Origin: Fibrobacteria bacterium
GTDB lineage: Bacteria > Fibrobacterota > Fibrobacteria > UBA11236
DNA length: 64,000 nucleotides
NCBI GenBank assembly: GCA_043745805.1
Contig: JAYTSD010000008.1
Location: 192,001 to 256,000, forward strand
Reading direction: 5' to 3'
Made by a program: the position numbers and the translations under genes. Shown piece after piece: positions 31,060-40,594 of this stretch. Below the pieces are notes generated by a model, which saw only the letters and a list, made by a program, of their open reading frames with translations, was not told where the DNA came from and did not search any database. Positions within the stretch are counted from its first letter, which is position 1, and each line of letters opens with the position of its first letter.

Positions 31060-32367
31060 ATGAGAAGAAATCTATTGCATCCCGGTGCCACCGAATTGGT
31101 GTATGAAATTCGGGAAATTGTTAAAAAAGCTAATTTGTTTAAAAAAGTTGGCGTAGAAGTTTATTGGGAAAATATTGGGGACCCAATTCAAAAAGGATCT
31201 CCCCTACCCGAATGGCTCAAAAAAATCGTATCCGATTTAGCGCTCGACTCCAAAAGTTATGGCTATTGTCCCACCAAGGGCGTATTAGAAACACGTGAAT
31301 TTTTAGCCGAAAAGTGTAATAGCTTAAAGGGTGTGCAAATCACTGCCGAAGATATTCTTTTTTGCAATGGCTTAGGCGATGCTATTTCCAAGGTTTATCA
31401 ATATCTCGATCCAGGCGTAAGGGTAATTGGTCCTTCGCCGGCTTATTCCACGCACTCTTCTGCCGAAGGTGGACATGCAGGTCAGCCACCTATTACATAT
31501 AATCTGCTTCCGGAAAACAATTGGTATCCCGATATGCAGGAGTTACGTAACAAAATCAAATACAATCCTAATATTGTAGGGATTTTAATTATTAATCCCG
31601 ATAATCCTACAGGAATGGTGTATCCTGAAAGTTACCTCCGTGAAATAGTCGCTTTGGCCAAAGAGTTTAAGCTGTTTTTAGTTTCCGACGAAATCTATAC
31701 GCAAATCACTTATAATGGTGCGAAAGCCATTCCGCTTTCTGCGGTGATAGGTGAAGTTTGTGGTATTGCCATGAAAGGAATTTCCAAGGAATTTCCATGG
31801 CCGGGTTCGCGTTGCGGTTGGATGGAATTTTATAATACCGATAAAGATGCTGAATTTGCTCGCTTAGTTAAAACCATAGAAGATTCAAAAATGTTGGAAG
31901 TCTGTTCCACCACACTTCCGCAAATGGCTATTCCAGCTATTATGAGTCATCCCGAATTTCCTAAATATCGCGACACCGTGAATCAAAAAATTCAGCGTCG
32001 TGGCGATATAGTCTATGACACTTTAAAAGATATACCAGCCTTAACCTTGAACAAAACTTTTGGAGCATTTTACTCCACTATCATTTTCAAAAAAGGCACT
32101 CTTAATACTCGCCAAACTTTAAAAATTAAAAATCCCGAAGCACAAAAATTAGTGGAAAGCATGGTGGCTGGTACGCCTTTAGATAAACGCTTTGTGTATT
32201 ATGTGCTTGCAGCAACGGGAATTTGCGTGGTCCCCATTTCTTCTTTTTGTTCTGACTTGCTTGGCTTTCGTGTCACGCTTTTAGAAGAAGAAGAAGAGAA
32301 AATGGTGTGGTTATATCAGCAACTTCGCGAAGCTATTTTGGAATACTTGGCTTCCACACCCAGTTAA
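31060..32367 (+). CDS. Class I/II PLP aminotransferase (AlaA-like)
   Basis: ENIGDP, INPDNPTG, SDEIY and SKEFPWPGSRCGW; substrate inferred. Confidence 0.82.
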   Translation: MRRNLLHPGATELVYEIREIVKKANLFKKVGVEVYWENIGDPIQKGSPLPEWLKKIVSDLALDSKSYGYCPTKGVLETREFLAEKCNSLKGVQITAEDILFCNGLGDAISKVYQYLDPGVRVIGPSPAYSTHSSAEGGHAGQPPITYNLLPENNWYPDMQELRNKIKYNPNIVGILIINPDNPTGMVYPESYLREIVALAKEFKLFLVSDEIYTQITYNGAKAIPLSAVIGEVCGIAMKGISKEFPWPGSRCGWMEFYNTDKDAEFARLVKTIEDSKMLEVCSTTLPQMAIPAIMSHPEFPKYRDTVNQKIQRRGDIVYDTLKDIPALTLNKTFGAFYSTIIFKKGTLNTRQTLKIKNPEAQKLVESMVAGTPLDKRFVYYVLAATGICVVPISSFCSDLLGFRVTLLEEEEEKMVWLYQQLREAILEYLASTPS

Positions 32368-32371
32368 ATAA

Positions 32372-33400
32372 TTAAGGATTTTCCGCGGCAGAAGTATCTG
32401 CCGTGTTACTGTCGGTCGGCGAACTGGAATCAATCATCGGACGTGAACGCAAAGTTTTCCAGCGTTCTTCAGCAAGAGCCGAAGATAAAGAGTCGTAGGC
32501 ATTTACATGAATGGAATCCTTATCATTCGCTTCAGAACCGTCCTCGGCCCCATTCTCCAATAACTCGGAAGCTTTAATGCCTTTATACATGGTCCAGTTT
32601 CTCGTCACAAGACGTTTATGCTGTAAAAAACCATTAGTCGGTTTTAAAGGGTTCCAATGGGTGGGGCTAGGTAATAAACACACCAAGTTAAGCATTTCAT
32701 CGGGGGTTAAATCCTGCATTTTTTTCTGATAATATTTTTGTGCAGCGGCTTTAATGCCAAATAGGCCTTCGTCGAATTGAGCCACATTCAGGTAAATTTC
32801 TAAAATTCGATCCTTAGTCAATATTTCCTCTAACATTAGTGTCAGAATTGCTTCATGTGCCTTACGAGAAAGTTCTTTGTCCTTGTTGAGAAATAAATTT
32901 TTAGCCACTTGTTGCGTAATGGTGCTCGCGCCCCGCGCTTGTTTACCCGCCTGATGATTGGCTACTAAGGCATATTCTATTTGCTCTAAATCAAAACCTT
33001 GATGGCTATAAAACTTGGAATCCTCCGCCACTAAAGCCATTTCCTGAAGCATGCGTGGAATAGTTTTGAGCGGCGCCCAGTCCCAAATAATAGGGATATT
33101 TTTGGGACTGTTTTTAGGGGGAATGAGTTTGCCTTTAACCATTTTTGGAGTAATTGCCTCCTGCATTAATCGTTCTTTTTCGGCCTCAATAAAGGTGGTG
33201 GTTTTAGGATTTTGATCGCGTAAAGCCCGTATTTCAAAAATGGGGAAAAAATTGGTCACTTGAAAAAATCCCCATACTAGGAGTATCAGGGAAAGGCCCA
33301 AGGCGATTTGATAAAAAGCCCAAATAGTTTTCCCTATATATTTGCAAATTTGCAAAAAAATGGAGGACACTTTTATCAAGAATGACATAAACGACTGCAT
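32372..33400 (-). CDS. mtgA: Monofunctional peptidoglycan transglycosylase (GT51)
   Basis: AEDSKFYSHQG, RGASTITQQVAKNLFL, RKAHE and KDRILEIYLN. Confidence 0.92.
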   Translation of the reverse strand: MQSFMSFLIKVSSIFLQICKYIGKTIWAFYQIALGLSLILLVWGFFQVTNFFPIFEIRALRDQNPKTTTFIEAEKERLMQEAITPKMVKGKLIPPKNSPKNIPIIWDWAPLKTIPRMLQEMALVAEDSKFYSHQGFDLEQIEYALVANHQAGKQARGASTITQQVAKNLFLNKDKELSRKAHEAILTLMLEEILTKDRILEIYLNVAQFDEGLFGIKAAAQKYYQKKMQDLTPDEMLNLVCLLPSPTHWNPLKPTNGFLQHKRLVTRNWTMYKGIKASELLENGAEDGSEANDKDSIHVNAYDSLSSALAEERWKTLRSRPMIDSSSPTDSNTADTSAAENP

Positions 33401-33498
33401 AGGCTTCCTACTCTTGGAATTACACTCTGAGGGGATTTAATTAGGTTTTGCAACGTACAAAGTATAAAATGGATTTCAAAGGAAAGCATGACTCTTTT

Positions 33499-34272
33499 AT
33501 GACTCGTTTCCGACCTTGCATCGATTTGCATCAAGGCAAAGTTAAGCAAATTGTGGGCGGTTCGCTTACCGATTCTGGCGAAGCTCTAAAAACTAATTTT
33601 GTGTCGGAACATGCTTCGGCTTGGTTTGCCGAACTTTACCGCCGTGATGGCTTAACAGGTGGCCATGTAATTGCACTGGGGCTAGGCAATGATGACGCTG
33701 CTTTAGAGGCTTTAAAAACCTATCCTCAAGGTTTACAAATGGGAGGTGGAATTAATTTAGCTAATGCCGAAAAATATTTGCAAGCAGGCGCTAGTCATGT
33801 GATTGTTACCTCTTGGATTTTCCCCGAAGGGCAATTGGATTTATCAAGACTTGCACAACTTTCTTCCTCAATAGGAAAAAGCAAATTGGTATTGGATTTA
33901 AGTTGTCGACGTAAAGCTCAGGATTGGTTTGTAACTACCAATCGCTGGCAAACTTTTACGGCACAAGCTTTAACTTCCGAATTATTTACCGAGCTAGCCG
34001 CTTACTGCAATGAATTTTTAATTCATGCAGCGGATGTGGAAGGTCAATGCAAAGGCATCGATAGTGAATTAGTGAGCTTTCTTGGAAGCGCTTGTCCCTT
34101 GCCAGTTACCTATGCTGGCGGCGCACAGGATTTGTCTGATCTAAATAAAGTTCAACAATTAAGCCATGGCAAAGTAGATCTGACTATAGGTAGTGCTCTC
34201 GATATTTTTGGCGGCAGTTTAATTAAGTATGCGGATTGTGTGAATTATAATTCGCAACAAAAATCCCGCTAA
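33499..34272 (+). CDS. hisA: ProFAR isomerase, eukaryote-type (His6-like)
   Basis: FRPCIDLHQGKVKQIVGG, LVLDLSCR, HAADVEG and DLTIGSALDIFGG. Confidence 0.93.
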   Translation: MTRFRPCIDLHQGKVKQIVGGSLTDSGEALKTNFVSEHASAWFAELYRRDGLTGGHVIALGLGNDDAALEALKTYPQGLQMGGGINLANAEKYLQAGASHVIVTSWIFPEGQLDLSRLAQLSSSIGKSKLVLDLSCRRKAQDWFVTTNRWQTFTAQALTSELFTELAAYCNEFLIHAADVEGQCKGIDSELVSFLGSACPLPVTYAGGAQDLSDLNKVQQLSHGKVDLTIGSALDIFGGSLIKYADCVNYNSQQKSR

Positions 34273-35219
34273 TGGAAAATCCTAATCCCCACGCCTCACA
34301 AAATATTAAACCGGTTGAATCTAATGCCTCGATTGAGCTTGTCATTAGTTCGCTGCAAGCTAAGGTATTGGATTATTCTTTATTATTAGCTTCGCAGCAA
34401 ATTGATCATTGGATTGACTTTCGTGAAGGGAAATACATTCTTTGTGTAGAGGAACAAGATCAAACTCATGCACGCTCAGTATTAGCTTTATACCTTAACG
34501 AAAATCGGCATTTTTATAAAGCAGAAAGCTCCAGCGAATTGGATTTACTAATTTCTCCTTTGCTGTATTTAATTGTGCCAATTGCTCTTTATTTTTGGCA
34601 AGGAATAGATATCTCGGCACAATGGTTGGAAAAACGCGGTCGCGCCGATGCAGACTTAATTTTAAATGGGCAATGGTGGCGTACTTTTACCGCCTTGACT
34701 TTGCATGCGGATGCGCAACATTTATTAGGAAATTTATTATCGGGTTATTTTATTTTGAATTTATTAGGGCATCGTTTACGCATCGGAACACTTATGCTTT
34801 GTACCACTCTATTAGCGGCCTTAGCTAATTTTGCAGTGGCTTTAACTTCCACACCCAATCATGCCTCTTTAGGCTTTTCCACCGCTATTTTTACTGCCTT
34901 AGGATTATTAGCCGCTTGCGAAACGCAAGAACGTTGGGGAGTAACTTTTAGGTTACGAAAACTTACCCCTTTGTTTTCCGCTTTTTTTATCGCGGTATTG
35001 ATTGGCTTAGGAGAGAATGCGGATATTAAAGCGCATTTTTATGGATTTGGTTTGGGTGTTTTGGGTGGTTCTTTATTTCGCTTAATGCCTAGTCCGATAA
35101 AAACCAATGCACAAACAAAATCAAAACAGCTTTCGACTCAGAGTATGGCTATGCAAGGCCTATTGGTTGGCGCCTGCTATGCTTTGTTTGTAGCCGCATG
35201 GATGCTGGCGGCTCGATAA
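34272..35219 (+). CDS. Rhomboid family intramembrane serine protease
   Basis: QWWRTFTALTLHAD..HLLGN, catalytic GFS and AHFYG. Confidence 0.88.
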   Translation: MENPNPHASQNIKPVESNASIELVISSLQAKVLDYSLLLASQQIDHWIDFREGKYILCVEEQDQTHARSVLALYLNENRHFYKAESSSELDLLISPLLYLIVPIALYFWQGIDISAQWLEKRGRADADLILNGQWWRTFTALTLHADAQHLLGNLLSGYFILNLLGHRLRIGTLMLCTTLLAALANFAVALTSTPNHASLGFSTAIFTALGLLAACETQERWGVTFRLRKLTPLFSAFFIAVLIGLGENADIKAHFYGFGLGVLGGSLFRLMPSPIKTNAQTKSKQLSTQSMAMQGLLVGACYALFVAAWMLAAR

Positions 35220-35260
35220 ATCTCAGTTACCTCTGGGTTACTGAAGCAACAGAGCTCAGC

Positions 35261-36268
35261 CTAATCGTGTAAATGACCATGTACAATAGTGTGATCCACT
35301 TTAAATAGTTTAGCGAATATCGCCACGCGCATCCACATGCCATTGCGTTCTTGTCTCCAATATTTAGCGCGCGGATCCGTGTCAACTGCAGGATGAATTT
35401 CATCCCGGCGAGGAAGTGGATGCATGATGACACCATCGGATTTCAATAAAGGCAAATGCTCCACACCAAACTTGAATTGGGAAAGATCGATTTTATCGCT
35501 TTCTCCATTTTTATCATGTTCATTTTGAATGCGAGTAATATAAATCCCATCTAATTCGGGAAGGGCTTCGCGCATATTTTGCGTTTCGCGAAATTCTACA
35601 CCATGTAATTGTAAATGAGCTTTAATGTCCTCTTCCATTTTAAATTGTTCAGGCGCAATAAAAACTAATTTCACATTTTTATAATTTTTCATGAGATAGC
35701 ATAAAGAACGGACCGTGCGGCCACGTTTTAAATCGCCCATCATGCCAATGACTTTACCATCAATGCCACCGCGATGCTTGAAGCTACGTTCTAGTGTGTA
35801 AATATCCAGCAAGGCTTGTGTGGGATGTTGATCTTTACCACTTCCGGCATTAATCACAGGAACACGGCGTTGCACACTATCAAATAGCTTTGCTGCCGAT
35901 TCGGCAAGTCCTTCTTCATTAGTGCGCATTATCACAACATCGACATAAGAGCTAAAAGTGCGTAAGCTATCGAGGTGACTTTCACCCTTAACTTCAGAGC
36001 TGGTAGCCGAGTCGCGAATTTCACTGGTTTGCATACCTAAAATTTGACAGGCATTATTGAATGACAAAAAGGTACGCGTAGAGGGTTGCGTAAAATAAAG
36101 CATGGCCCGCTTATGCGCGAGTAGTCCTCGTAAGAAAAGTAAACCTTCTTTTTCTTTTGCAAAACGGCGTATAGCCGTAGTGAGTTCACATAAATCATCG
36201 AGCAAAGCACGATTAAATTGTTGAGTTTTAAGAATGTGGAAAAATTCGCCGTGAGGTGGATATATCAT
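35261..36268 (-). CDS. pyrB: Aspartate carbamoyltransferase catalytic subunit
   Basis: PSTRT, HPTQALLD, GDLKRGRTVRS and MHPLPR; start at 36268 preferred. Confidence 0.95.
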   Translation of the reverse strand: MIYPPHGEFFHILKTQQFNRALLDDLCELTTAIRRFAKEKEGLLFLRGLLAHKRAMLYFTQPSTRTFLSFNNACQILGMQTSEIRDSATSSEVKGESHLDSLRTFSSYVDVVIMRTNEEGLAESAAKLFDSVQRRVPVINAGSGKDQHPTQALLDIYTLERSFKHRGGIDGKVIGMMGDLKRGRTVRSLCYLMKNYKNVKLVFIAPEQFKMEEDIKAHLQLHGVEFRETQNMREALPELDGIYITRIQNEHDKNGESDKIDLSQFKFGVEHLPLLKSDGVIMHPLPRRDEIHPAVDTDPRAKYWRQERNGMWMRVAIFAKLFKVDHTIVHGHLHD

Positions 36269-36371
36269 AATGGCCTTGAAGATAAAACTTGGAGACCCCA
36301 ATGGCAATGGAGAGAATCAACCATTTTACTAACTTGTTGCGCATATTTTAAAACCAACAAAAGGTGTTTCT

Positions 36372-37607
36372 GTGGCAAAAATCAATAGTAATTATCAAAA
36401 ACTTCAAGCAGGCTATCTATTCCCAGAAATTGGCAAGCGCGTAAAAGCTTTTAGTACGGAAAATCCCTCTGCAAAAATTATTCGCTTAGGAATTGGTGAT
36501 GTAGTAAGGCCTTTGCCAAAACCCATTTTAGAGGCTATGCATAAAGGTGTTGACGAACTTGGCTCGCGTGAAAATTTTAAAGGTTATGGTCCCGAACAAG
36601 GTTATGACTTTTTATTGCAAGCCATCTCCAAACATTTTTATAGTCAAGGCGCAAAGATAGAGCCGGATGAAATTTTTGTTTCCGATGGTTCAAAATGCGA
36701 TACCGCAAATATTCAAGAAATTTTTGGCTTAGATAATATTATTGCCGTTACCGATCCCGTTTATCCCGTTTATGTGGATACCAATGTAATGGCTGGCCGC
36801 ACTGGCATTGCTGAAAATAGTCGCTATGGCAAATTAGTGTATATGCCGACCACCGCGGAAAATGGTTTTGATCCCGAATTACCCGATCAAACTAAAGGGC
36901 ATGTGGATTTAATTTATCTCTGCTCACCTAATAATCCTACGGGCGCAGTTATGCCACGCGCATCTTTAGAGAAATGGGTGAAATACGCAAAAGAAAATAA
37001 TGCCATAATTCTTTTTGATGCGGCCTATGAAGCTTTTATCACCGAACCCAATTTAGTGCATTCCATTTACGAAATTCCTGGCGCTCGTGAAGTAGCTATT
37101 GAATTTCGCAGCTTTTCTAAAACCGCAGGATTTACCGGCGTACGTTGCGCTTATACGGTTGTTCCTAAAGATTTAAAAGCCTTTAATGAAAAAGGTGAAT
37201 CCGTTGCGCTGCATGGTTTATGGAATCGCCGCCAAACCACCAAGTTTAATGGTGTTTCATATCCCGTACAAAAAGCTGCGGAAGCGGTTTTCAGTGAAGA
37301 AGGCGCAGCTGCGGTAAAAGAAGTTATAAGTTACTATATGGAAAATGCGCGACTTATTCGTGAAGGTTTGCAAAAAGCTGGTTTCACTGTTTATGGTGGT
37401 ATAAATGCGCCCTATATTTGGTTGCAAACCCCGCAAGGTTTAACTTCTTGGGATTTTTTCGACAAACTTTTACGCGAAGCCCATGTGGTCGGCACACCTG
37501 GATCCGGCTTTGGGAGTTGCGGAGAAGGCTTTTTCCGCCTTTCTGCTTTTGGCTGGCGTGAAAATGTTTTAGAGGCAATTGCCCGTATTCAAACTCAGTT
37601 GAAATAA
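36372..37607 (+). CDS. dapL: LL-diaminopimelate aminotransferase
   Basis: [28 protein letters not shown] and [13 protein letters not shown]. Confidence 0.96.
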   Translation: MAKINSNYQKLQAGYLFPEIGKRVKAFSTENPSAKIIRLGIGDVVRPLPKPILEAMHKGVDELGSRENFKGYGPEQGYDFLLQAISKHFYSQGAKIEPDEIFVSDGSKCDTANIQEIFGLDNIIAVTDPVYPVYVDTNVMAGRTGIAENSRYGKLVYMPTTAENGFDPELPDQTKGHVDLIYLCSPNNPTGAVMPRASLEKWVKYAKENNAIILFDAAYEAFITEPNLVHSIYEIPGAREVAIEFRSFSKTAGFTGVRCAYTVVPKDLKAFNEKGESVALHGLWNRRQTTKFNGVSYPVQKAAEAVFSEEGAAAVKEVISYYMENARLIREGLQKAGFTVYGGINAPYIWLQTPQGLTSWDFFDKLLREAHVVGTPGSGFGSCGEGFFRLSAFGWRENVLEAIARIQTQLK

Positions 37608-37669
37608 ATTACTTGCGCAATCAACATTTTAACTTAAATTGCTTTTGTCAGGACAAATAAGGAGAGCCT

Positions 37670-38233
37670 ATGAAAATGTGGAAAAAAATTGTTTTAGTTT
37701 TAACCTTTTCCGTAAGTGCATTATGCGCGCAAGGAAAAGAAAAGTTTGGGATGGGTTTTCAATTAGGAAGTCCAACGGCTCTTAATTTTAAATACTGGTT
37801 AGATGGAAGTCATGCCTTGGATTTTGCTTTGGGCTCAGGGTATGGTCATGGAGGTTACGGAGATAGCCGATGTAATGGACGAGGGTACTATAATGACAAT
37901 ACCCATTATTGCAATGATCAATATGACCGCTATGATTATTATGGACACAACGGATGGGAAGGATTGCATTTTCATGCGGATTATTTAATTCATAATTTCA
38001 GCGTGTTTCATACCTCAGAACGATTGGCCTTATACTACGGACCAGGATTTTCCTTAGATACCTATGGAGGTAACAATAATTTTTTTGCAGGCCTTAGAGG
38101 GATGTTTGGAATTGATTGGATGCCACGTGCCATTCCATTTGATTTTTTCTTTGAACTCGGTCCTCATTTAAATGTGATTCCATTTTTTGATCTTGGTTTC
38201 GACGCAGGCATAGGCGCACGGTTCTGGTTTTAA
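37670..38233 (+). CDS. Small outer-membrane beta-barrel protein
   Basis: Signal peptide, amphipathic strands, C-terminal GIGARFWF BAM-type signal; GGAGAG RBS. Confidence 0.78.
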   Translation: MKMWKKIVLVLTFSVSALCAQGKEKFGMGFQLGSPTALNFKYWLDGSHALDFALGSGYGHGGYGDSRCNGRGYYNDNTHYCNDQYDRYDYYGHNGWEGLHFHADYLIHNFSVFHTSERLALYYGPGFSLDTYGGNNNFFAGLRGMFGIDWMPRAIPFDFFFELGPHLNVIPFFDLGFDAGIGARFWF

Positions 38234-38239
38234 AGATTT

Positions 38240-40594
38240 TTATAAACGGCTATAACAATCCAAAATTTGTTGAGCCGTTTTTTCCCAGCTAAAAGTTTCA
38301 TTTACATATTCACATAATTCTTTTGGCGAGTCCGAATCAAAGCTCTCCAAAATAGCCCGCTTGATACTTTCAGGTTGATCTGGTTCACAATAATGAATTC
38401 TATCTCCAAAATAATCTTTAGCAGTGCCCCAAGATGTACTCACTATGCGACAGCCCGCCGCAGCGGCTTCCAAGCTAACCAAGCCGGGTAATTCATACCA
38501 ACTAGGTAAAACATGCAGCCTTGCTGCTCCAAAGGCAGAAACTAATTCTTCGAAGGGCAATCGATTAAAAAAATACACATTGGAAGCTGCATAATTTTTA
38601 TAAACACTTACCAAATCTAAATCGTGAAAATCGCCGATCAAAACCAATTTTAAATGTGGTAATTTACGAAACACTTCAATCAATGTGCATTGATTTTTTC
38701 TCGGTTCAACTCGACCTACGCAAAGCACAAAATCTTTTAGCCCATATTTTTGAGTAAATAAATTTCCCTTAGCATTTTTAAAGGCTGAGTTAAATCCATA
38801 GGATATTTCTTGGATGGGAACTTTAATGCTAAACTTTTCAATAAGCAATTCAGATTCAGTTTTCCCACTAGTTAAAATCATATCCGAATAATTTAAAATT
38901 TCCTGTTGTTTTAATTTGTCGCCAATTCCAAAATATTTTGCGTACTGAGTAGCTAATGGATTTGAAGTTTCTAATTTATCAAATGCCTCTTTTATTTGCT
39001 CAAAACTAAAAACATGTTTATTCTTCGCCATAGCATGAAAAAGCATATCCATTTTATTTGAAGAAATTAAATAGCGATCCATATCCTCGTATAAAGCATG
39101 TACCACTATTTTTTTGTTTTGTCTTTTCGCATTTACAATTTGTTCATGCGTATCTTTGGTTCTACTAATATTATTTAATTGAACAATTTCATAATCTTTT
39201 AAATCGGGAGACAAGGATAAGGATGATGAAGCAGCGATACCAAATGATTTCATCGCTTTTAGAGTTTCATGGAAAACGGTTCCATCCCCACCGGGCAATG
39301 CATCCAAGTCTTCTCGAGATTGCCATAATACCTTGGTTTTTACTCTTAACAGCTCCTCTTTTTTCCTATTTGCATTAGTGGCAATTGTTTGAGAAGAAGG
39401 CCTTAGTCGAAAGCGCGTACTGTCTCCGAAAACAATTGCAGGCAATTTTTCCAAAATGGAATGTTGGAAATCAAAGAGTTTAAAATGGGATGCGTTGTCA
39501 TGTTTTTGAATACTTAAAAAGTTAGCAGCAATAGTTGGATTTGATTTATCAAGACGAGAAAAAACGCTTATGGCTTCTTCTATCTCGCCACTGAGAGAAA
39601 GAGCTATGCCTAAATTATTTAATATCTCAGGATTCGGTCCTCCCATTTCAATCGCTTCGCGATATCTAATTATTGCCTCTTTGTATCCTAAACGCGCCCT
39701 TGAATTAATTAATAGATTAGCAAAATCAGCAAGCGCGGTGGCTTTAAAAATTTTATCTTTATCATTTTCTAGTTCTGGATAAATTTCTTCAATCGGTATA
39801 TTAACCCTATAATATTCCAAAATACGATTCACTTCAGCTGTAACTTTAGCGGCATTTACATAGGAAAGATTTTTTTCATTTTCAAAATATAAAGCCAGTG
39901 GTTTGGAAATGTGGTAAGCGCCAGATTTACGTGAAGCACGAAGGAAAAATTCATAATCTCCAGCAACACAATAGCTTTCATCAAAGCTACCTACGGACTC
40001 ATGGAGAGTTCGGCGCCACATCACCTGACATCCAAAGGGACAATCAATTAAGGCCTGTCTTAAATTGAAATCAGGTAATTTCCAATGCACATTCGCCGTG
40101 TTTTGAGAAAAAGTTTCATTCTCTACATGGGTTAGCAAAGCATCAGAATAAACTACACCCTCAGTTCTAGCATCCAAAACTTGAGCCATAATTTCGAAGG
40201 CGTGCGAATGCTGTCTATCATCTGTATTCGCATTGGTTAAATAGCTAGCTTGAGAAAGTTTTATCGCGCGATTCCAAGCCGCATAAAGCGTTTCTCTGGA
40301 AGTACGTAAATATTGAATATGAGGATATTTTTTCTGAAATTCCAAAGCATATTTACCTTCGTTTTGCTGCGATCCGCTGTCGATAATTAAAATTTCTAAT
40401 TGCCCATTCAAATAAAGGGTTTGGGCTAAGAGATTTTCCAAACAACCCTTAAAATAAAGTTCCGAATTATAGGTTGAAACGATTGCGGTCACCTTATACT
40501 TATTATTTTTCAAAGGTATTATTGGATCTATAGACTGAGAAAGACTAATATTTTCCAGCACCAATTTACAGGAGGTGGCTTCAATGTTTTGCAT
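38240..40594 (-). CDS. Multidomain glycosyltransferase GT2-TPR-GT4
   Basis: IVSTYN, IIDSGS and NANTDD (GT2); ILNNLGIAL (TPR); VGRVEPRKNQ and ELPGLVSLEA (GT4). Confidence 0.9.
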   Translation of the reverse strand: MQNIEATSCKLVLENISLSQSIDPIIPLKNNKYKVTAIVSTYNSELYFKGCLENLLAQTLYLNGQLEILIIDSGSQQNEGKYALEFQKKYPHIQYLRTSRETLYAAWNRAIKLSQASYLTNANTDDRQHSHAFEIMAQVLDARTEGVVYSDALLTHVENETFSQNTANVHWKLPDFNLRQALIDCPFGCQVMWRRTLHESVGSFDESYCVAGDYEFFLRASRKSGAYHISKPLALYFENEKNLSYVNAAKVTAEVNRILEYYRVNIPIEEIYPELENDKDKIFKATALADFANLLINSRARLGYKEAIIRYREAIEMGGPNPEILNNLGIALSLSGEIEEAISVFSRLDKSNPTIAANFLSIQKHDNASHFKLFDFQHSILEKLPAIVFGDSTRFRLRPSSQTIATNANRKKEELLRVKTKVLWQSREDLDALPGGDGTVFHETLKAMKSFGIAASSSLSLSPDLKDYEIVQLNNISRTKDTHEQIVNAKRQNKKIVVHALYEDMDRYLISSNKMDMLFHAMAKNKHVFSFEQIKEAFDKLETSNPLATQYAKYFGIGDKLKQQEILNYSDMILTSGKTESELLIEKFSIKVPIQEISYGFNSAFKNAKGNLFTQKYGLKDFVLCVGRVEPRKNQCTLIEVFRKLPHLKLVLIGDFHDLDLVSVYKNYAASNVYFFNRLPFEELVSAFGAARLHVLPSWYELPGLVSLEAAAAGCRIVSTSWGTAKDYFGDRIHYCEPDQPESIKRAILESFDSDSPKELCEYVNETFSWEKTAQQILDCYSRL

